From positions 1 to 64,000 of the forward strand of contig JABVCE010000046.1 of assembly GCA_014905635.1 (NCBI GenBank): a DNA stretch of 64,000 nucleotides. The letters run 5' to 3'. The stretch is from Scenedesmus sp. PABB004. Lineage: Eukaryota. The notes under the pieces are model-generated. The model saw only the letters and a program-made list of their open reading frames with translations, did no database searches and was not told the origin of the DNA. Made by a program: the position numbers and the translations under genes. Below, piece after piece: positions 49,319-64,000 of this stretch (position 1 is its first letter; every line of letters begins with the position of its first letter).

Positions 49319-50956
49319 ATGCGTGCCCCGCCGCTGCCGCTGCTGCTGTCGCTGCTGCTGCTGCTGCGCGCGGCGCGAGCTCAGGAGGGCGCGGCCTGCG
49401 ACTGGAGCGCGCCCGCCGCGCCGGAAGCCATGGCAGCGCTCGTTCTCGGCGGCAGCGGCGCCGTGGGTGCGGCGGCGGCGCCGCGGGGCGGGCGCCCGGC
49501 GCTGCCGCTGCTCGCGGCTCCACGCGCCGGTGCGGCCGTCGGCGCAGGCCACCACATCGTGCAGCAGCTGCTCGCGAGCGACCAGTGGTCCAAGGTCATC
49601 ACCGTGGGTGCGTGGCGCGCCGCCGGCGTAGCGGCGGACGGGCGGCGGCGCGCGGCGACGCCGCCGCCCGAGCGCGCCGCCCGCGTCCCGCCGCGCGCAG
49701 GCCGGCGCGAGGTGCCGCTGCCCGCGGGCGCGCCGGGCGCGGCCAAGCTGACGCAGGTGGTGGTCGACATGGACCGCCTGGAGGCCGAGGCGGGGCGGCA
49801 CTTTGCCGGCGTGGACGCCGTGTTCTGCGCCCTCGGCACCACGCGCGGGGTGTGCGCCGCGGCAGCGCGCCGCGCCGCGCCGCCGCGACGTGCGCGGCCC
49901 GCGGCGCACACGGCCTGCGCCGCAGGCCCGCGCCGCACCGGGCGCCGAGCCGCCCCGCCGCGCCGCGCCCCCGTGGGCGCCCCCGCGCCGCCGCGCAGGA
50001 CGCGGGCAGCGCCGAGGTCTTCCGCCGCGTGGACCATGACTACGTGCTCGCTGGCGCCAAGGCGGCCAAGGCAGCGGGTGCGCCGCGCCGCGCCGCGCCG
50101 CGCCTGGTGGCTGACCGCCCGACGCGGACGGCGTGTCAGCGCCGCCGCGTGGCTCGCCCCTTTCCACCCCCCCCCCACACACACACATTCACCCTCGCCT
50201 CGCCGTCCGCCGCCACGTCGTTGCCCGCGCGCCCCCGGCCGCGCGGCAGGCGTGCCCTACTTTGGTCTTGTGAGCGCGCAGGGCGCCAACCCCTCCCTGC
50301 CCGGCAGCGACCTGCGCCTGCTGCACCCGCTGCTCTACTCACGCACCAAGGGCCTGGTGCGGGCCGCGCTCGCGGGGGGCACTGGAGCCGCGGCGCCCGC
50401 GCCGCCGCGCCTCGCGGGGCACGCACTGCACGCTGCCGCGTGCACCGTGCAGTGCATGCTCCACTCCTGCTGCATGCGAGGCGCGGGGCATGCACTGCAC
50501 GGTGCACGCGGCAGCAGCCGCGCCACCGCCGCGCGGCACGACTGCCGCCGCCGCGCCGCGAGCCGCCGCGCGACCCCGCACCCGCCGCCGCGCCCGCGGC
50601 CGCCAGGCCGAGGAGGGCGTAAAGGCGCAGGGCTTCAGTCGCGCCGCCATCTTCCGGCCGGGCATGCTGGACCGCGGCGACCGCGCGCGCAGCATCGAAA
50701 AGGCGCGCGCGCTGCCGCGCCGCCGCGCGCCGCGCTCCCGCGCGCCGCGTGCCCGCGCGCACACGCGCCGCCGCGTGCACACGCGCGCGCACGCGCGCCG
50801 CAGGTGTTTGCGCCACTGCTGGGCAGCATCCCGGTGGCGCACGTCGCGCGCGCGATGCTGTCTGACGCCGACGTGTTCCGGCGCGGCGCGGCGAGCGGGG
50901 CGACGGCGGTGTTTGAGATGCGCGAGCTGCGCCGCATGGGGACGCCCGCGGCGTGA
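49319..50956 (+). CDS. HTATIP2/TIP30 (CC3)-like oxidoreductase, 7 exons; alternative start at 49430
   Basis: Motifs LVLGGSGAVG, VITVGRR, VDAVFCALGTTR, FRRVDHDYV, LVSAQGAN, LYSRTKGLAEE, IFRPGMLDRG and IPVAHVARAM. Confidence 0.88.
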   Translation: MRAPPLPLLLSLLLLLRAARAQEGAACDWSAPAAPEAMAALVLGGSGAVGAAAAPRGGRPALPLLAAPRAGAAVGAGHHIVQQLLASDQWSKVITVGAWRAAGVAADGRRRAATPPPERAARVPPRAGRREVPLPAGAPGAAKLTQVVVDMDRLEAEAGRHFAGVDAVFCALGTTRGVCAAAARRAAPPRRARPAAHTACAAGPRRTGRRAAPPRRAPVGAPAPPRRTRAAPRSSAAWTMTTCSLAPRRPRQRVRRAAPRRAWWLTARRGRRVSAAAWLAPFHPPPTHTHSPSPRRPPPRRCPRAPGRAAGVPYFGLVSAQGANPSLPGSDLRLLHPLLYSRTKGLVRAALAGGTGAAAPAPPRLAGHALHAAACTVQCMLHSCCMRGAGHALHGARGSSRATAARHDCRRRAASRRATPHPPPRPRPPGRGGRKGAGLQSRRHLPAGHAGPRRPRAQHRKGARAAAPPRAALPRAACPRAHAPPRAHARARAPQVFAPLLGSIPVAHVARAMLSDADVFRRGAASGATAVFEMRELRRMGTPAA

Positions 50957-51601
50957 CAAGCGCGGCGTGACGCGCGCGGCGTGACAAGCGCGGCCGGGCG
51001 GGGGGGGGGGGGTGTGGGGGGGGGGCAAACTGGGGGGCGAGCGAGCGCAGGCTTCAGCGCGCTGCGCCTGCGCAGCACGCGTGGACGTGGCTGGACCGGC
51101 CTTGCGTCGCGCCACGCGCAGCACACGTGCTGCGCGGGCGCAGCGCGCCGTTGCGCAAGCCGCCGCTGGCCGGTGCCGGCGGCAACGACGAGTTGGCGCG
51201 CCGCGGCGCTCGTGCGAGCTGGCCGCGCGCGTGGGGCAGGGAACCGGGGTGGCAGCCGTTGCAACGTTGCATGCGCGCCCGCCCGCCGCGCGCGGCGGCT
51301 GCGCCGGCGCGTCCCCGGCGCGTGCAGCCCAGCCCCCCCGCACTCGCGCACACTCCCCGTCGCGCGCGCGCCGCCGCAGCGGCCCGCCCGCCCCACACAG
51401 CGCTCCCTCTCTCGCTCGCTCTCTGCCTGTGCCGCCCGCCGGCCCGCCCGCCCGCGTGGCCCCTCCCTCCCCCGCGCGCCCGCGGCGCCGCCGCGCGCGC
51501 GGGGCGCAGCCGCTGCTGCGCCCCGCGCGCGCCCTCGCGCACTGCGCCAGGCCGCGCGGCCTCAGGTCACGTGCGCGATGACGCGATCTGACGCGACGCG
51601 A

Positions 51602-51675
51602 CCTGGGCGCCGTGTGATCTGGGCGCCGTGATCTGGGCCGTGATCTGATCTGGGCCGTGATCTGATGAGTGATCA
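51602..51675. repeat. Short degenerate repeat (GTGATCTGGG[C]GCC) in the eIF3j 3' UTR
   Basis: About 4-5 visible copies directly after the eIF3j stop codon. Confidence 0.7.
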
Positions 51676-53761
51676 CTACATAAAGTCAAAGTCGTCCCCC
51701 GCCCCCGCGTCGTCATAGATGTAGTCATCCAGGCCCGCGCTGCCGCCGCCGCGGCCGACGTTGACGCGCGCCTTGGCTGCGCGCGGCGCGCGGGGCGGGT
51801 GCGTGCGTGCGCGCACGGGGCGGGCGCGCGTGAGCGCGGGCGCGCGCGCACGTGCGCGCGGGGGGAGGGGGAGGGGCGGCGCGCGAGCGGGCGCGCGCGC
51901 GGCGCGACCAAGGCCCCCCGACCACCCCCCCCCGCGCCCCCCCCCCCCCCCCCCCCCCCCCGCTGCGGCGCAGCCCCCGCCGCGCCCCCGCCGCGCCCCG
52001 CCGCAGACCACCCACTCTTGGTCTTTGCCGCGGCGGCCGCCTTCTCCGCCTTGACCTTGTCCGCGCGCAGCGCCGCCGCGACGGCCTCCACCTCCTTGGC
52101 GTCCTCCGCGGGCAGCGGCTCCGCCGCGGCGCGCAGCAGGGCCTTCACATAGGCCTTGTAGTTCTTGTGGCCCGCGTGCTGCGTCACAAAGCTGCGCGCG
52201 TGTGTGCACATGTGTGTGTGTTGCGGGTGTTGCGGGTGTGGTGTGGGCGTGGTGGGTGGGCGGGCGTGGTGGGTGGGTGAGGGGGGAGCAGCGTGCGGCG
52301 GGCACGGCGGTGGGCGCGCGGACGAGCCCCCCCTTCCCGACCCGCCCTCGTCGTCGCGCGCGCCGGGCGCAGCTTGAGCAGAGGCCCCCCGCCCCGCCAG
52401 GGGGGAGGGAGACTTTGGTCAAACTGCGCCGGGCGCGCGCGACGACGAGGAGCGCGGCGCAAGCTCCTGCCGGGCTGCGCGCGGCGCGCGCGAGCGCGAG
52501 GGGGCAGACCCCCGCGCCGCGCCGCCCCTCGCGCCCCGCGCGCGCGCCGCCGCCCTGAGGGTGCCTGAGCCCAGCCCCCTAGAGCGCCCCAAAGGCCCCC
52601 CTGGCGCGCGCGCTCACAGCTTGGCGAGCAGGTCTGCCGCCTCCTCAAAGTCCTTGACCGTCTTGGGCACCATGCCCTCCAGCGCGCGCACCTGCGGGTG
52701 CGTGTGTGTGTGTGTGTGGGGGGGGGGGGTACGTGGTGGTGGCGTGTGAGTGTTGGTGGGTGAGTGGGTGGGGCCACGAGGCGTGGCGCGGGGCAGGCGA
52801 GCGAGCGCGGAGGGTGCGCGGCGGCGGCGACGGCGCGGCGCGGCGCGCGCCCGCACCTGCGCCGCGCGCTCGCCGCCAAACATGTCGTTGATGGCGCTGC
52901 CGGGGCGCGGGCGGGGCGGGCGGGGCGGGCGGGGCGCGGCGCGGGCGGGGCGCGGTCGGGGCGCGGCGCGGCCGCGGCGCGGCCGCCCCGCGGCGGCGCT
53001 GTCGGGCGGGGCGGCGGCGCAGCCGAGCACGCAGCGGCCAGACCACCACAAGCAGCGGCCAAGCAGCACACCCCTCCCACACCCTCCCACACCCCTCCCC
53101 CCCCCCCCCCCGCGCACCGCATGTCGCTCTCCTCCTCGAGCCGCTGCCGCCGCAGGCGCTCCGCCTCGGGGTCGTCCAGCGGCGTGTCGTCCTCGGCCGG
53201 CTCGCCCTTGGTGTAGCGCTTCTCGACCTTCTTCTTGGGCTGCGGGGTTCAGACGTGCGGGTTTAGGTTACGTGCGCGCGTGGCGAAAAGTGTGTCGTGA
53301 GCGGGGCGGGGGAGCAGAGGGCGGGAGGGGCGGCGGGGGAGTGCGGCGAGCGAGGGCAGGTGTGGGGTAGAGCGCGCCCGCGCGCGCGCGAGCGCCGCCG
53401 CCGCCGGGCCTGCCGCCGCCGCTGCCCTGCCGCCGCCGCTGCCGCCACCAAAAGCTCTCCCCGGCGCCGCTGCCGGGCCCACGCCCGCGTGTGCTGCCGC
53501 CGCCGCCGCCGCGCGCGCCCCGCCGCCGCCGTCGCCCGCCCCGCCGCGCCGCCGCCGCGCCTGGGGCTTGATGTGGTAGCTCGCCTCCTCCTCCGGCTCC
53601 TGCTGCTCCTCGTCGGCGAAGCGGGCCATGTCTGGCTCAGCGACGCGCGCGAGGATGGCCTGCCCCGCCGTCTCAAACTCGGGGCCGCCGCCGGCCTTGG
53701 CCGGCAGCGCCGGCTTGAAGTCGTCGCGCTCCCAGTCCTCCGCCTCCCAGTCGTCCGCCAT
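51676..53761 (-). CDS. EIF3J: Eukaryotic translation initiation factor 3 subunit J, 6 exons
   Basis: MADDWEAEDWE, LDDPEAERLRRQRLEEESD, PKTVKDFEE, and the C-terminal DDFDFM-stop. Confidence 0.92.
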
Positions 53762-54100
53762 GGCGGCTGCTGCGCGGGGGCTGCTGCTGCGCGGGGGCTG
53801 CGCGGCGGCGCGGCGCGCGGGCGCGGGCGCTGCTGCAGCGGCGGCGGCGCGGCGGCGGCGGGGCGCCGGGCTGCCGGGGTCGCGCGCGGCCGGGATGCGC
53901 GGGGGACCGGGCGGCCGGGCCGCGGAGCTGGGCCGGGCGCGGGGGAAGGGCGCGCGGGGCGCGCGGGCGGCCGGCAGCTCGAGTGTGATGGGCGCTGGCG
54001 TGCGGCGGTGGGCGGCGTGCGGCGGTGCTGGCGGGCCAATTGTGGGCCGGGAGGGCGCCGACCGCGGGGCGGGGGCCCTGCGGGGGCGCCAAAAGCCTGA

Positions 54101-58656
<4,556 letters not shown>

Positions 58657-58919
58657 TGCTGGCCATGTGGACTAGGTGTTGACTGATTGATCACATACAT
58701 ACATACATATGTAGAGATCGTATATGTGAGAGATGATCAAACCTCTGAATGGCTGCGCTTGATTGATTGGTCGGCTCACGACACGCGAGCCAGCCGGATC
58801 AGCAGCCGGGCGCGCGCCCAGCGCCGGCCGGCGGGCCGGCCGGCCGAGCGGCGCGCCGCGCCGGGAGAGCCGCGCGGCGCGGCGCGGCGCGGGCAGCAGC
58901 GGCTGCCCGCGCCGCGCGG

Positions 58920-58950
<31 letters not shown>

Positions 58951-59258
58951 CGCGGCGTGTAGCCGGGGCGTCGCGCGGGCGGGCGGGCGGGCGGCGGGCG
59001 GGCGGGCGGGCGGGCGGGCAGCAGCGTAGGCGCGGGCGGGGGCGGCACCGGGTGCCTCGGCGTGGCGGGGGCGCGCGCGGGCCCGTGCGGCGCGTGTGAC
59101 GCGTTTTCCTGACCGCCCGGCCCGATCGGCAGCGCCGCGCGAGCACACACAGCGCGCGCGGGGTCAGTCACACGCAGCGCGGCTCGCCCAGCACGCAGCA
59201 GCCCACGCGCGCGCTGGCCAGCCCGCGTCGGCCGCCGCCGGCAGCGCCCCTATCGTGG

Positions 59259-59311
59259 TCAGTCCTCGTCGCCCGCCTCGCCCAGCGACGCATACTGGCC
59301 GTAGCCGCCCG

Positions 59312-59342
<31 letters not shown>

Positions 59343-61319
59343 GCCCAGGTGCGCGGCGTCCGCGGGCGGCAGGTGCGGCCGGCCGCCGCCCAGCACGCGC
59401 TCCGGAGGCGGCACCGCGGCGGCGCCGCGCGGCGAGCCGGGGCGCTCGGGCTGCGGCGGCGCCGGCGCGGCCACGCTGCCGCCGCTGCTGAGGCTGCTGC
59501 TTGCGCCGGCGGCGCCGGCGGCGCCGGCGGCGCTCGCGGCCGGGCCGTGCTGCTTGGCCGACTTGATCGCCAGCAGCCGCTGCCGCCAGCCGCCGACCGG
59601 CCCGGCGCCGGGCTGCGCCGCCGCCGCCGCGCCCGGCGCGGCGTCGCCCGCGCCACGCTGCTGCTGCTCGTCCTGCAGCTGCTGTTGCTGCTGCTGCTGC
59701 TGCTGCGCCGCGGGCCGGCCCTTGGTGGGGCTGTGAAAGCGCGCGAGCGCCGCCGACACCAGCCCGCCGCCGGGCGCGTGCGCGGCGCCGTGGCCGTTGG
59801 CCGCGCCGGCCGCGCCGCCGCCGCCCGCCGCCGGCCGCGTGCAGCGCCGCCCGCAGGCGCGCTATCAGCTCGTCCTGGCTGGCGCACTCGGCGTCCTGCG
59901 CGCGGCGCGGCAGGGCGCGGCGGCGCGGGGCGGCGCGGGCGTCGGGCCGCGGCGGGGCGCGGCGCGGGGGCCGCGCGGCAGCGCCCGTGCCGGCGCGCGC
60001 GCGCTGGCGGCCCGCACCTGGCGCTCGAGGGCGGCCTGCTGCCGCGCGATCTGCCCCGCCAGCGCCGCGCTGCGCGCCTCCGCCTCGGCGAGCCGGGCTG
60101 CCAGCGTGTCCGCGGCGGCCAGCGCCAGCGACACCGCGCCGTCATAACCCGCCACCACAGCGGCGGCCGTCGCGCCGTCCGTGGGGTGCTGCTGCACCCC
60201 GTCAGCAGGCCGCGCGTCCTGCGGCTGCTGCGGCGCCGCGCGCCCGAGGCCCGCCGCCGCCGCCGCGGCGGCCGCCGCGCGCCAGGCGTCGTGCGCCGCC
60301 CGCAGCCCTGCGTGCACGTCGTCGCCGGCCGCCGCCTGCTGCACCTGCTGCTGCGCCGCCTGCTGCGCCTGGTGCTGCGCCTGGTGCTGCGCCTGGTGCT
60401 GCGCCTGCTGCGCCTGCTGCGCCGCCTGCTGCGCCTGCTGCGCCTGCTGCGCCCGGGCCGCCGCCGCGACGCGGGCGGCCATGGGGCTGGCGGCCGGCGG
60501 CGTGGAGCCCAGCAGCATCCAGCCGCCCTCGCCGTCCTCGTCCTCGGTCGAACGCATGGTCAGCATGCGGCTCCCCCCGCTGCCCTGCTGCTGCAGCGCG
60601 CGCGCGTGCGGCTGCGGGTGCGCTGCCGCGCCGGTGGTGGCGCTGCCGGCGCTGCCGGCGCTGAAGCTGAGGCTGCCCTGCGACTGGCTGCGCTGCTGCA
60701 GCAAGCCGGGGGCCGGCGGCTGAGGATGCTGCCGCTGCAGCGGCGCGGCGCCGGAGCTGCCGCTGCTGCCGGCGCGGCCAAAGCCGGCCAGGCTGCCGCC
60801 GCTGCTGCTCCGCTGGTAGCCGCGCGCCGCCTCCGGCCGCGCCAGCACGGGCGGCGGCGCCGCCGGCAGCAGGCCCGGCGTGGCGGCGATGGCAAACGCC
60901 TGCGGCGCGGCGGCGGCGGCGGCGGCGGGGCGGTGATTTCGCTGCGACGCCCAGCCACGGACGCCACGCAGAGCCCTGACCGACGCCGCGCAGAGCCCCG
61001 ACCGATGCCCCTCCGCCAACCCTGCCGCCCCGCCGGCGGCGCCGCGTGCGCGCCTGCGCGAGCGCTGGCGGCCGCGCGCCGCCGCTGGGCGCATCCAGCA
61101 GTCGGTACCGCCGCCCGCACGCCAGCGCGCCGCTGCTGCCGCCGCCGCCGCCGGCGCCGGCGCTGGCGCCGCCCCTGCCGCGGCCGGCGGGCTGCTGGGC
61201 GGGCGGCGGCAGCTGCCCGCGCAGCAGCAGGCTGCCGCCCTCCTCCTCGTCCTCGTCGTCATCGTCGTCGTCCAGGTCGGGCTGCTCAAGCCGCTGCCGC
61301 GGGCGCTCCTCGTCGCGCG

Positions 61320-61363
<44 letters not shown>

Positions 61364-64000
61364 GGCGGCGGCGGCGGCGCCTGCGCCGCCTGCTCCTGCG
61401 CCTGCGTCGCCTGCTGCGAGCCTGCCGCCGAGTGCGCGGCGCACGGTCCGGCAGCAGCAAAGTCGGGCACCCACGGAGCGTCCGGCTGGGTCTGCTGCGA
61501 CGACGGCGGGCCCGACGCTGCGCCAGCAGGGCCGCCCGCTGCCGCGGGCGCCGCCCCCTGCGGCGGCGGCTGTCGTGCGCTGGCCTCACGCGCGCCGCCG
61601 CCGTCGAGATCGCTGCTGCCGCTGCCGCTGCCCAGCGTGCTGCCCTCGCCCTCGCCGCCCTCGGGCTCTGCGGCGGCGGCAGCCGCCGCCGCCGCCTCCG
61701 CCGCGCGCCTTGCCGCGAGCTGCGCCTCCTGAGCCGCGCGCCGCGCCGCCGCCGCGGCCGCGGCCGCGTCCAGCTCCGCAACCACCTCGCCCCTGAAGCA
61801 GTGGCGCAGCGCCTGCGGCGCGGCGCGCCGTGCGCGGCCGCGTCGGCCCCGGACCTGACCCGCGCCGCACACGCGCCCGCGGCCGGCTCGCAGCCCCCAC
61901 CCGCCCCCGCCCTGCAGCGAGCGCGCCGCTCGCGCCCCCCGCCGCCGCACCTGCAGCACCGCCGCGTCCACCTGCCCGTACGCGCTGTCCGCGACCAGCA
62001 GCAGCCGGTCCGCGTCGAACGCGAGCCCCGGCAGCGCCTGCGGCGACGACGGCGGCGGCGGCGGCGGCAGCAGCAAGCGGGGCGGGGCAGCTCGGCCCCG
62101 CGCGCCGCGCGCGCCGCGCCGGCCGTCCCTGCCAGCCCCTGCACGCCCGCGTGCGAGCCCGTGGGGCACCGCATCGCACCGCACCGCACCTGCAGCAGCA
62201 GGTGGGCGTCAATGACGTCATGCGCCGCGCCAAAGGCGCCGGCAAACAGGTGGAACAGCGCCAGGCACGCGCTGCGGCGGCGCGGCGGCCGCGCGGCTCG
62301 TGGGCGGCTCGTGGGCGGCGCACGCGCCCGCACGGGCACGCGCGGGCCTGCGCCCCGCCGCTGGCGGCGGCGGCGGTGGCGGCGCCAGCGCGCGCGCTCC
62401 GCGCGGCCTGGGCCCCACCCCGCACCGCAGCAGCGCCGCGCCGGAGCGCTGCAGGAACGCGACGTCCCACAGCCGGGCGACACACTCAAACGGCATGCCA
62501 GCGCTCGCGAGGCCGCCGAGCAGCCAGCCCGGCAGCGGCTGCGCGGGGCACACGCCGAGCGCGGCCAGGTGGGCGCTGAGGCCGGGCAGGTGCTCGCTGA
62601 GCAGGTGAGTCACCACGCGCTGGTCAACCTGCGCCGACAGCGGCGCCGCGCGCAGCGGCGGGCTGGCGTGAGCGCGGCCACGGCGCACGGCGCGGCGCGG
62701 GCGGCGGCAGGCAGGCGGCGCGCCGCGGGGCCGCGGGCGGGGCGGGGCGGCTGTGGCTCGCCTGCGGCGCGATCATGGCCCCGCTGAAGTATCCAGGCAG
62801 CACGTCGTCCGCCAGCGCCAGCAGGCAGCCCAGCGCAGCGCCCTCGGGGCAGGCCGGCGCCGCGCCGCCGGGGCAGCCCCTGCCGCCGTCCCCGGGGCAG
62901 GCCGGCGCCGCCAGGCATGCCGCGAGCGCGGCGCGCCCCGCGTCGGCGGCGGCGTCAGGGAAGGGCTGCTGCCGGCCGATGCCGGTCAGCACGAGCAGCA
63001 GCGCGCCAGCAACGTAGTTGAGGCCCTGCAGGGGGCGAGGCGCGGCGCGGTGAGCGAGGAGCGGTGGCGCGGAGTGCGGGCCGCACGCGCGCGGCTGGGG
63101 CGCCGCGCCGACAGCGCAGCGCGGCGCGGCGCAGCGCAGCTGCGCCTGTGCGCGTGCCTGCGTGTAGCCCAGGTGGGGCGCTGCGAGGCAGAAGCAGCTC
63201 AGCAGGCGGTGCAGCGACGCCTGGCCCTCGCACGACGACAGCCTGCGGCGGCGCGCGGCAGGGGCGGCCGGCGCCGGCACGAGGCGTCGTGCGGGCGCCG
63301 GCGCACGCGGGGCGCCGCTCGCACGCGGTGGCGACGGCGCGGCGCAGCGCGGCGCACCACTCGTGCCCCGGGAAGGTGCGGTGGCAGTCCTTGCCGATCT
63401 GGGCGTCCCACGTGCGCGCGTGCGGCCGCCACGCGGCGACCTGCTCCGGCGGCAGGCCCAGCGCCGCCGCCGCGGCCGCGGTCGTGCCGTCGCCGCCGGG
63501 CGCGCTGCTCGGGTCGCCGCCGGCGGCGCAGCACTCCTCCAGCAGCCCTGCGGAGCGGAGGCGGCGGCGCTCGTCAGCCTGTTTCGGGCGCCATACCGAA
63601 AGCTGATCCAGCCCCTTGGGCCCCTGCTGCGGCCAGCGAGCCGGCCGCGGCGCCGCTCTCGCCGCTGTCGCGCCGCTGCTCACGCTGCTGCAGCGCCACC
63701 AGCGTGCCGTAGGGCGGCAGCTCGCGGCCGGTGGCGCTCAGGAACTCGGGCCACGCCACGGGGCGCAGCCCGTTGGGGATGCCGCCGCCGACCAGCTCCG
63801 AAAGCTCCGCGAACAGCTCCGGCGCGTGGCGCTCGCCCAGCGCGAGCAGCCGGCGCAGCACAGCCGCCGTCAGCGCGGGGTCGTCCGCGGGCGCAGCGTC
63901 GGTGCCGCCCAGGCCCAGCTGCGTGGCCGCGAGGGCCAGGAAGTCCGCCCAGCGCCGCGTCTGCGCCGCCTCCCGCGCCAGCCAGAGCGGCTGGTACGTC
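59259..64000 (-). CDS. TBC-domain Rab GTPase-activating protein; 5' end outside the window
   Basis: GGIPNGLRPVAW, IGKDCHRTFP (IxxDxxR finger), GYTQ|GLNYVAG (YxQ finger), LPGYF, LLSEHLPGLSAHL and VARLWDVAF, followed by a long Q/A-rich tail. Stop at 59259. Confidence 0.88.

Noticed and set aside
50948..50995. Three copies of GCGGCGTGAC around the HTATIP2 stop codon
   Set aside because: This is a simple local slippage duplication with no effect on the protein.
51662..51700. CTGATGAG resembling a hammerhead ribozyme core or a C/D snoRNA box C
   Set aside because: There is no following stem with GAAA and no suitable box D. It overlaps the eIF3j stop region and a simple repeat.
58657..58775. AT-rich island that could be foreign DNA or an RNA gene
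   Set aside because: It directly follows the threonine synthase stop codon, is short, and has no RNA-gene or transposon hallmarks. It is best explained as 3' UTR.

Overview
This is eukaryotic nuclear DNA: very GC-rich, gene-dense and intron-rich, typical of a chlorophyte green alga. A Sphaeropleales-like origin is my inference from composition, splice signals and plant-type genes. Most long ORFs in the supplied track are artefacts of stop-poor GC-rich sequence, so I rebuilt the genes by joining exons by hand. I find 16 protein-coding genes: SEC62 (cut by the left edge), CASC3/Barentsz, a large F-box/LRR-like protein, a secreted GH130/GT91/GT108-like beta-propeller protein, an equilibrative nucleoside transporter, an NAD(P)-binding atypical SDR, a 3-ketoacyl-CoA synthase, a secreted Cys-rich Tyr/Gly-repeat protein, a GYF-domain protein, an unknown coiled-coil protein, a CML21-like EF-hand protein, an LCM-family SAM methyltransferase, an OPR-RAP protein, an HTATIP2/TIP30-like oxidoreductase, eIF3j and plastid threonine synthase. 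A TBC Rab-GAP gene, cut by the right edge, makes 17. I recognised no tRNA, rRNA, CRISPR array or transposase. The most striking signal is the intron system. GC-AG introns are very frequent (9 of 37 in five hand-traced genes, 15 seen overall). Introns are polarised, with G/GT-rich 5' halves and C/CA-rich, U-poor 3' halves. Telomere-type heptamers are oriented by intron position (TTTAGGG near donors, CCCTAAA near acceptors), and one intron has a perfect 15-bp inverted repeat bridging its splice sites. Several frameshifts in GC-rich exons look like consensus errors. CDS coordinates are gene spans that include introns.
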